The position numbers and the translations under genes are program-made. DNA of 32,000 bases from assembly GCF_029504745.1 (NCBI RefSeq), contig NZ_JAQFIQ010000008.1, forward strand, positions 32,234 to 64,233, in the 5' to 3' direction. This document shows, in pieces, positions 26,161 to 32,000 of this stretch (position 1 is the first letter of the stretch; each line of letters opens with the position of its first letter). Origin of the DNA: Breznakia sp. PF5-3. GTDB lineage: Bacteria; Bacillota_I; Bacilli_A; Erysipelotrichales; Erysipelotrichaceae. Under the pieces are notes generated by a model. The model was not told the DNA's origin, made no database searches, and saw only the letters and a list, made by a program, of their open reading frames with translations.

Positions 26161-27012
26161 AGTTGCGAATGTGGGTCGTTTATATTCTACAATAAGTACA
26201 GCACTTAGCATAAGAGCACCACCAAGGATGGTAGAGGGCTCTAAGGGTTGTGATAGGATAATGGTGCTTGCTAATGTTCCTATAACGGCTTCCATTGTTA
26301 GAATTAGGCTTGCACGTGATGGTTCTACATGAGTTTGTCCATACAATTGTAATAAGGATGCAATGGCACTGCTGAATAAGGCAAGATACAAAACACTTTC
26401 CCATCCATTGCTAGGAATTGTGGTTTGTTGAAAGATTGGCATACAGATTAACGATAGTGTTCCCATCGTAAGAAGTTGAATACAAGTGATGGAAAGTGGA
26501 TCCCCATGAGCTCCACATTTTTCATTGTAGATAATTTGTAAAGCAAAGAACAATGCACAAAGGATTAATAAGATATCACCTGTATGAAAGCTTAAAGATT
26601 CATTGAAGGATAAAACGGCAGTACCTAATAAAGCAAGTATTCCAGCGAAGTATATTTTATTTTGAATATGTCTTTTTAAAAAAATACGAGAAATAAAGGG
26701 AACGAAAAGAACATTAAGTGTTGTTATAAAAGCGGTATTGGGAATCGATGACAATTCTTGTCCTGTTGTTTGAAAAGCAAAGCCAAGGAAAAATAAGACA
26801 CCATTGGTGATTCCTAGAGTCAATGTAGTTTTATTTTTATACCACTTTTTCTTAAAGGATAAAAAAAACATAAAGGCACCACCAATAAATCCACGCATCA
26901 TTAAAAGTGGAAAAGGTTGCCATCCAGCACTTAGTGCTTGATCGACAAAGATAAAACCTAATCCCCATAAAATGGTAGTTATAACGAGTGAAATGGTTGC
27001 CTTTTTTTCCAT
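26158..27012 (-). CDS. EamA/DMT-superfamily transporter
   Basis: Track ORF trimmed to the ATG at 27012 (MEKKATISLVITTILWGLGFIF), with AAGGAG 9 nt upstream. Ten-TM-like duplicated EamA pattern. Confidence 0.85.
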   Translation of the reverse strand: MEKKATISLVITTILWGLGFIFVDQALSAGWQPFPLLMMRGFIGGAFMFFLSFKKKWYKNKTTLTLGITNGVLFFLGFAFQTTGQELSSIPNTAFITTLNVLFVPFISRIFLKRHIQNKIYFAGILALLGTAVLSFNESLSFHTGDILLILCALFFALQIIYNEKCGAHGDPLSITCIQLLTMGTLSLICMPIFQQTTIPSNGWESVLYLALFSSAIASLLQLYGQTHVEPSRASLILTMEAVIGTLASTIILSQPLEPSTILGGALMLSAVLIVEYKRPTFAT

Positions 27013-27084
27013 GAAATAGAGCTCCTTTAAATATGATTTGAATATGCTCATTTTAACATAATTAAAGAATTATACAAATTTTAC

Positions 27085-27112
27085 TTGCACTACTATAATG
27101 ATATGCTATAAT
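27085..27112 (+). promoter_or_regulatory. Promoter of the DUF1934-argS operon (TTGCAC, 16 nt, TGcTATAAT)
   Basis: -35 at 27085-27090 and extended -10 at 27104-27112. A second TATAAT at 27094-27099. Confidence 0.5.
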
Positions 27113-27134
27113 TCATAAATGATAAGAGAAAATT

Positions 27135-27533
27135 ATGATAAAAAAGTTACATGTAAAACATCGACATCGATATAATAATGAAGAAGCAGTATTATATAAT
27201 GGAGAAGTAACATTCAACATTTATGATGATTATGAAGAATTATTATATAAAGAAAACGATGGTGCGAAAGTTAAAGTTCATCTTTATGAAGATCATATGA
27301 AAATCATCCGTAATGGTGAAATTATTTCAAATTTAAAATTTGTTGTTGATAAGAAAACAAAGAATATTTTAATGACACCATACGGTGATTTGGAAATTGA
27401 AATTTATACCTATGAATATCATAAGGAACATGATAAAATAATCGTCGAATATGATGTTCTTTCTTCTAGTGAAGAAAAGGATGGATACCGTATAGAGTTT
27501 TCTATTGAGGAGGAGCGCAGTGAGTTCAATTGA
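27135..27533 (+). CDS. DUF1934 (YwiB-like) beta-barrel protein
   Basis: 132 aa. The central pattern (MKIIRNGEIISNLKFVVDKKTKNILMTPYGDLEIEIYTYEY) and the conserved position directly upstream of argS match, from memory, the YwiB family of Bacillota. Confidence 0.7.
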   Translation: MIKKLHVKHRHRYNNEEAVLYNGEVTFNIYDDYEELLYKENDGAKVKVHLYEDHMKIIRNGEIISNLKFVVDKKTKNILMTPYGDLEIEIYTYEYHKEHDKIIVEYDVLSSSEEKDGYRIEFSIEEERSEFN

Positions 27534-29163
27534 TATGAAATTAAAAGAAGCGATAGCAGATAGTTTCAAAAATGCTTTTGATCTTGAAATTGCATCAGAA
27601 GATGTTGTGATTGAGATACCAAAAGACAAAAGTCATGGGGATTATGCTACAAACGCTGCAATGAAATTTAGTAAGCAAGTAGGTAAAGCACCAAGAGATA
27701 TCGCTCAAATGATTATAGATACAATAGATAAGGATAAGGCATCAATTGATAATATGGAGATTGCTGGACCTGGATTTATTAATTTTACGATGAAAAATGA
27801 TATGTTGACGAACATCATAAGTGTCGTATTAGAAAAAGATGATCAATATGGAAAAAATAATATAGGAAATGGGTTAAAGGTAAACTGTGAATATGTAAGT
27901 GCTAACCCAACTGGGGATTTGCATTTAGGACATGCTCGTGGAGCAGCATGGGGAGATAGTGTTACTCGCTTGATGAAGGCTAGTGGCTATGATGTAACTC
28001 GTGAATATTATATTAATGATGCAGGAAATCAGATTATTAACTTAGGAAAATCTTTGTATGCACGATATGCTGCTGTCTTTGGAAAAGAAGTAGCTTTACC
28101 TGATGATGGATACCATGGTGATGATGTGAAAGCTATTGCTGAAAATATCGCTAAAGAAGTTGGTGACATCTATTTAGAAATGAATGATCAAACTTTAGAA
28201 TTTTTCAAATCCGAAGGAATTAAGTTTGAAATGGATAAGCTTAAAAAAGATTTGAAAAACTTCCGTGTTGAATTTGATGTTTATTCAAGTGAACAAGCAA
28301 TTCGTGATGCTGGAAAAGTAGAAAAGGCAATTGAAACGCTTTCTTCTTTAGGAATGACCTATGAAAAAGATGATGCATTATGGTTTGAAACAACTAAATT
28401 TAATGATGATAAAGACCGTGTACTTAGAAAAAGTGATGGATCTTATACATATCTAGTACCAGATATTGCATATCATATCAATAAGCTTGATCGTGGATTT
28501 GATAAAATGGTTGATTTCTTAGGAGCCGACCACCATGGATATGTTCCACGTTTAAAAGCAAGTATTGAAGCTCTTGGAAGAGATAGCAATATGCTTGAAG
28601 TTGATATTATCCAGATGGTTAGACTTGTTGAGAATGGTGAAGAAATCAAAATGAGTAAACGTTTAGGAAATGCAATTACGCTTCGAGATTTATGCAATGA
28701 AGTTGGTGTAGATGCAGCACGTTACTTCTTTGTCCAAAGGGCACTAGATACACACTTTGATTTTGATATAAGCTTGGCTAAGAAGGAAAACAATGAAAAT
28801 CCTGTATATTATGCACAATATGCACATGCAAGGATTTGTTCAATTCTAAAAGCGAGTGATATAGATCAGCAAGCAGATAACTATGAATTGTTAACACATG
28901 AAAAAGAAGTGCAATTATTAAAATACATAAATGAATTTACAAACGTAGTTGGCGATGCTGCTAAAAATAGAGCACCTAATAAAGTGTGCAATTACATTCA
29001 AAAGTTGGCTTCATTATTCCATAGCTTCTATGGATCTTGTAAAGTAAATGATCCAGAGAACCAAGTATTGAGTGCACAACGGATGGATTTATTAAAAGCA
29101 TGTAAGATAACATTAAAAAATGCTTTATATCTTATAGGAGTTGAGGCTCCTGAGCAAATGTAG
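27520..29163 (+). CDS. argS: Arginyl-tRNA synthetase (GTG start)
   Basis: Class I motifs SANPTGDLHLGH (HIGH) and MSKR (KMSKS). I prefer the GTG at 27520, 6 nt after GAGGAGGAG (27507-27515). The ATG at 27535 has no SD at usable distance. It overlaps the DUF1934 gene end by 14 nt. Confidence 0.92.
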   Translation: MSSIDMKLKEAIADSFKNAFDLEIASEDVVIEIPKDKSHGDYATNAAMKFSKQVGKAPRDIAQMIIDTIDKDKASIDNMEIAGPGFINFTMKNDMLTNIISVVLEKDDQYGKNNIGNGLKVNCEYVSANPTGDLHLGHARGAAWGDSVTRLMKASGYDVTREYYINDAGNQIINLGKSLYARYAAVFGKEVALPDDGYHGDDVKAIAENIAKEVGDIYLEMNDQTLEFFKSEGIKFEMDKLKKDLKNFRVEFDVYSSEQAIRDAGKVEKAIETLSSLGMTYEKDDALWFETTKFNDDKDRVLRKSDGSYTYLVPDIAYHINKLDRGFDKMVDFLGADHHGYVPRLKASIEALGRDSNMLEVDIIQMVRLVENGEEIKMSKRLGNAITLRDLCNEVGVDAARYFFVQRALDTHFDFDISLAKKENNENPVYYAQYAHARICSILKASDIDQQADNYELLTHEKEVQLLKYINEFTNVVGDAAKNRAPNKVCNYIQKLASLFHSFYGSCKVNDPENQVLSAQRMDLLKACKITLKNALYLIGVEAPEQM

Positions 29164-29173
29164 GAGGATTAAT

Positions 29174-29461
29174 ATGGGACAACCTATGATTGATATCGCG
29201 TTCGATATATTAAGCAACAAAAAAGAATCTATGGTCTTCATTGAATTGTGGAACAATGTAAGTGAAGAAAAAGGACTGACAGAAACACAAAAAGAAGATA
29301 AGATTGCACAGTTTTATACTGACTTATCATTGGATGGAAGATTTGTGAATATGCAGGACAATAAATGGGATCTAAAATCTCGTCATCGTTTAGAAGAAGT
29401 AAAAAAGGTAAGTGCTGAAGAATTAATCGATGATGAAGAAGATGAAGTTGATGAAGATTAA
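29174..29461 (+). CDS. rpoE: RNA polymerase delta subunit (short form)
   Basis: Start trimmed to the ATG at 29174 (AGGAGG 6 nt upstream). The KIAQFYTDLSLDGRF motif matches B. subtilis RpoE (RIAQFYTDLNIDGRF, from memory). Short acidic tail DDEEDEVDED. Confidence 0.8.
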   Translation: MGQPMIDIAFDILSNKKESMVFIELWNNVSEEKGLTETQKEDKIAQFYTDLSLDGRFVNMQDNKWDLKSRHRLEEVKKVSAEELIDDEEDEVDED

Positions 29462-29505
29462 AAAGGTTAAGTTAAATAGTAAGATTAACCAATAATAAAT
29501 AAATG

Positions 29506-29535
29506 AAAGACAACTGAAACGGTTGTCTTTTCTTG
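29506..29535 (+). terminator. Intrinsic terminator after rpoE
   Basis: AAAGACAAC / GTTGTCTTT stem, 7-nt loop, TTTTCTT. Confidence 0.65.
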
Positions 29536-29613
29536 TGAAATAATAAATAAATAGGTATAAAAGTTGAATAAAAAATGATATATTAATAGAGTATCTTAGG
29601 AGGAGTTCTAGAC

Positions 29614-31185
29614 ATGAGTAAAAAACCAGTAGTATTAGTAGTGATGGATGGTGTTGGAATAAATGAGAGTAAGTATGGTAATGCAGTTACCAATTCTTAT
29701 ACACCAACACTAGATAGATTGTATGAAACAAGTCCATATACAGCAATTAAAGCACATGGAACCGCTGTTGGATTACCAAGTGATGGAGATATGGGAAACA
29801 GTGAAGTAGGACACAATGCTTTAGGTTGTGGACAGGTTTATTCACAAGGAGCAAAACTTGTAAATGAATCAATTGAATCAAAAGAATTATTTAAAAGTGA
29901 AACATGGAAAGCATTAGTAGATAACTGTAAAGATCATGGTGTTATGCATTTTCTTGGATTATTGTCAGATGGGAATGTACATTCTCACATCAACCATTTG
30001 TTTGCTCTTCTTGAAGAAGCAAAAGCTGGTGGTGTAAAAGAAGTAAGAGTACATATTTTATTAGATGGACGTGATGTTCCTGAAACAAGTGCTCTTGAAT
30101 ATGTAGATGCACTTGAAAATAAATTAGCAGAATTAAATAATGATAATTTCCATGCAATAATTGCTTCAGGTGGTGGAAGAATGACGATTACAATGGATCG
30201 TTATGAAGCGAACTGGCCAATGGTAGAAGCAGGATGGAAAACACATGTACTTGGTGAAGGAAGACAATTTGCTTCAGCAAAAGAAGCGATTGAAACATAT
30301 CGTCAAGAAACAGGTGTAATCGACCAAGATTTACCAGCGTTTGTAATCGCTGAAAAAGGTGCACCAGTAGGAACCATTAACGATGGCGATTCGGTAATTT
30401 TATTTAACTTTAGAGGGGATCGCGCACAAGAAATTTGTTTGGCTTTTGAAAAAGAAGACTTTACAAAATTTGATCGTGTAAGAAAACCAGATGTAATGTT
30501 TGCAGGAATGCTTCAATATGATTCAGATTTAGGAATTCCAAATAAATTTTTAAATTCTCCACCAAAGATTGAAAACACATTAACAGAATATTTAGTTAAA
30601 AATAATATTAGCGAATATGCAATTAGTGAAACACAAAAATTTGGTCACGTTACGTATTTCTGGAATGGAAATAGAGCTGAAAAATTTGATGAGAAACTAG
30701 AAACATATTATGAAGTACCAAGTGATGTAATTCCTTTTGAACAACGTCCTTGGATGAAAGGTGCAGAGATTACAGATAAATTAATCGAAGCAATTGAAAC
30801 AGGAGAATATGATTTCTTACGTGTAAACTATCCAAATGGAGATATGGTTGGTCATACAGGAAATTATGCTGCTACAATCGTAGGTGTTGAAACAGTTGAT
30901 TTACAATTAAAACGTCTGATGGATGCAGTAGATAAGGCTAATGGAATTATGTTAGTAACAGCAGATCATGGAAATGCTGATGAAATGTATGAAAAGCCAA
31001 AAAAGGAAGATGCACCAATCAAAGCAAAAACTTCACATACACTTAATCGAGTACCATTTATAATATATGGTGCTGATGTGAAAATAAAAGATGGTGAATT
31101 TGGATTAGCAAATGTAGCAAATACAGTTGTAAAACTTCTTGGTCTAGAAAACAAAGAAGATTGGGAAGAAAGTATTATTGAATAA
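29614..31185 (+). CDS. gpmI: 2,3-bisphosphoglycerate-independent phosphoglycerate mutase
   Basis: 523 aa. N-terminus VVLVVMDGVG, the catalytic Ser region DMGNSEVGHNALG, and the C-terminal TADHGNAD metal-site motif. Confidence 0.9.
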   Translation: MSKKPVVLVVMDGVGINESKYGNAVTNSYTPTLDRLYETSPYTAIKAHGTAVGLPSDGDMGNSEVGHNALGCGQVYSQGAKLVNESIESKELFKSETWKALVDNCKDHGVMHFLGLLSDGNVHSHINHLFALLEEAKAGGVKEVRVHILLDGRDVPETSALEYVDALENKLAELNNDNFHAIIASGGGRMTITMDRYEANWPMVEAGWKTHVLGEGRQFASAKEAIETYRQETGVIDQDLPAFVIAEKGAPVGTINDGDSVILFNFRGDRAQEICLAFEKEDFTKFDRVRKPDVMFAGMLQYDSDLGIPNKFLNSPPKIENTLTEYLVKNNISEYAISETQKFGHVTYFWNGNRAEKFDEKLETYYEVPSDVIPFEQRPWMKGAEITDKLIEAIETGEYDFLRVNYPNGDMVGHTGNYAATIVGVETVDLQLKRLMDAVDKANGIMLVTADHGNADEMYEKPKKEDAPIKAKTSHTLNRVPFIIYGADVKIKDGEFGLANVANTVVKLLGLENKEDWEESIIE

Positions 31186-31189
31186 ATTT

Positions 31190-31215
31190 AAAGGGTTATA
31201 AAGTAACCCTTTTTA
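31190..31215 (+). terminator. Intrinsic terminator after gpmI
   Basis: AGGGTTA / TAACCCT stem, 5-nt loop, T5. Confidence 0.65.
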
Positions 31216-31258
31216 ATATGATTGAAACAGCATATAATATATATAGGATAAAGCTATT

Positions 31259-31399
31259 ATGAAAGATAAGTCACCAGGTTCAAAAGAAGAAATAAATAAA
31301 AAAGGGATGCAGTTGCGCAAAGATGCCATTGGTTTTTCTTTGGGTATTTTATTGGTGATTATAATCATGACGCTTTTATATATCCTTTTCGAAAAATAG
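31259..31399 (+). CDS. Possible 46-aa single-pass membrane micro-protein (below the ORF-track cut-off)
   Basis: My translation: MKDKSPGSKEEINKKGMQLRKDAIGFSLGILLVIIIMTLLYILFEK. Charged N-terminus plus one hydrophobic helix. Weak RBS (AGGA about 10 nt upstream). It ends 14 nt before the GNAT gene. Confidence 0.3.
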   Translation: MKDKSPGSKEEINKKGMQLRKDAIGFSLGILLVIIIMTLLYILFEK

Positions 31400-31413
31400 T
31401 TAGAGGTGGAAAA

Positions 31414-31884
31414 ATGAAAATACGCTACGCAAAGCGAGATGATGTAAAGACCATTTTAGATTTGATTATTGAATTGGCAGTTTATGAAAAATTAGAACAT
31501 GAAGTAGTAACAGATGTTGAAACATTAGAGGAATGGATTTTTGATAAAGAAAAAGCAAAGGTGTTAATAGGTGAAGTAGATAATAAAGTAGTGGGGTATT
31601 GTTTATATTTTTATAATTTTTCTACTTTTCATGGAAAAGCAGGAATTTATATTGAAGATATCTATGTGAAGAAAGAACATCGAGGACAAGGTTATGGAAA
31701 GCTGTTCTTTAAAAAAATTGCAGAAATAGCAGAGGATGAAGGATGTCCTAGAATAGAATGGTCATGTCTTAAATGGAATAAACCGAGTATAGATTTTTAT
31801 GAGTCTTTAGGTGCTGAAGCACAAAATGAATGGATTGGTTTCCGTTTAAGTGGGAATAATATAAAAAAATTAGCAGAAAAATAG
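31414..31884 (+). CDS. GNAT family diamine/spermidine N-acetyltransferase-like protein (SSAT-like)
   Basis: 156 aa. LIIELAVYEKLEHEV, the acetyl-CoA motif RGQGYGKLFF, and WNKPSIDFYESLGA...WIGFRL resemble the SSAT/diamine acetyltransferase subfamily (from memory). GAGGTGG RBS. Confidence 0.85.
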   Translation: MKIRYAKRDDVKTILDLIIELAVYEKLEHEVVTDVETLEEWIFDKEKAKVLIGEVDNKVVGYCLYFYNFSTFHGKAGIYIEDIYVKKEHRGQGYGKLFFKKIAEIAEDEGCPRIEWSCLKWNKPSIDFYESLGAEAQNEWIGFRLSGNNIKKLAEK

Positions 31885-31908
31885 GCCAACAAAAAGATCG
31901 ATAAATGA

Positions 31909-32000
31909 TGTGAACCCCCAAAGTTAGACAATAAACTAACAAAGGGGGTTTTTCTTATGAAGTTGACTAACGAAATTAAAAAGAAGATTGTTTTAGAAAA
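31909..32000 (+). mobile_element. Possible left end of an IS3-family insertion sequence (partial, runs off the window)
   Basis: TG-initiated terminus TGTGAACCCCCAAAGTTAGACAATAAAC. A hairpin CCCCCAAAGTTAG / CTAACAAAGGGGG sequesters the SD. The ORF starting at 31957 (MKLTNEIKKKIVLE...) resembles the N-terminal x-E-x-K-x-K-I-V-x-E pattern of IS3 OrfA proteins. Only 92 nt are visible. Confidence 0.3.

Overview
This window is the chromosomal replication-origin region of an AT-rich, low-GC Gram-positive bacterium (Bacillota-like). I infer the lineage only from gene content and order; I ran no search. Gene orientation flips at about 7.6 kb. To the left, everything is on the minus strand: a PTS fructose-family operon with its PRD regulator, jag/khpB, yidC, rnpA and rpmH; the only left-side gene on the plus strand is a MATE efflux gene. 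To the right, almost everything is on the plus strand: dnaA, dnaN, yaaA, recF, gyrB, gyrA, a serS T-box leader and serS, a small membrane ORF, SRP RNA, tadA, dnaX, ybaB, recR, then a looser accessory stretch at 22-27 kb (GyrI-like protein, patatin-like lipase, DarA/PstA-type PII-like protein, nitroreductase, TetR plus flavodoxin-like operon, EamA transporter), followed by DUF1934-argS, rpoE, gpmI, a GNAT acetyltransferase and a possible IS3-family end at the window edge. Non-coding elements I can support directly from the sequence: a DnaA-box cluster with a consistent TTTTCCACA variant; a DnaA-box plus trinucleotide-periodic (DnaA-trio-like) element in the dnaA-dnaN spacer; two consensus parS sites; a minimal SRP RNA; a T-box; tandem palindromic operators at the TetR promoter; and many intrinsic terminators. 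I do not see a convincing novel multi-gene system (no defence-island, CRISPR, toxin-antitoxin or biosynthetic signature). The best candidates for something undescribed are small regulatory elements: the terminator plus anti-SD leader of the MATE gene, a 17-bp perfect inverted repeat in the divergent PTS/MATE control region, and the stop-riddled roughly 300 bp upstream of the SD-less GyrI-like ORF, which may be a decayed MerR-type domain. All coordinates come from manual reading. Homology statements are recognition from memory, not search results.
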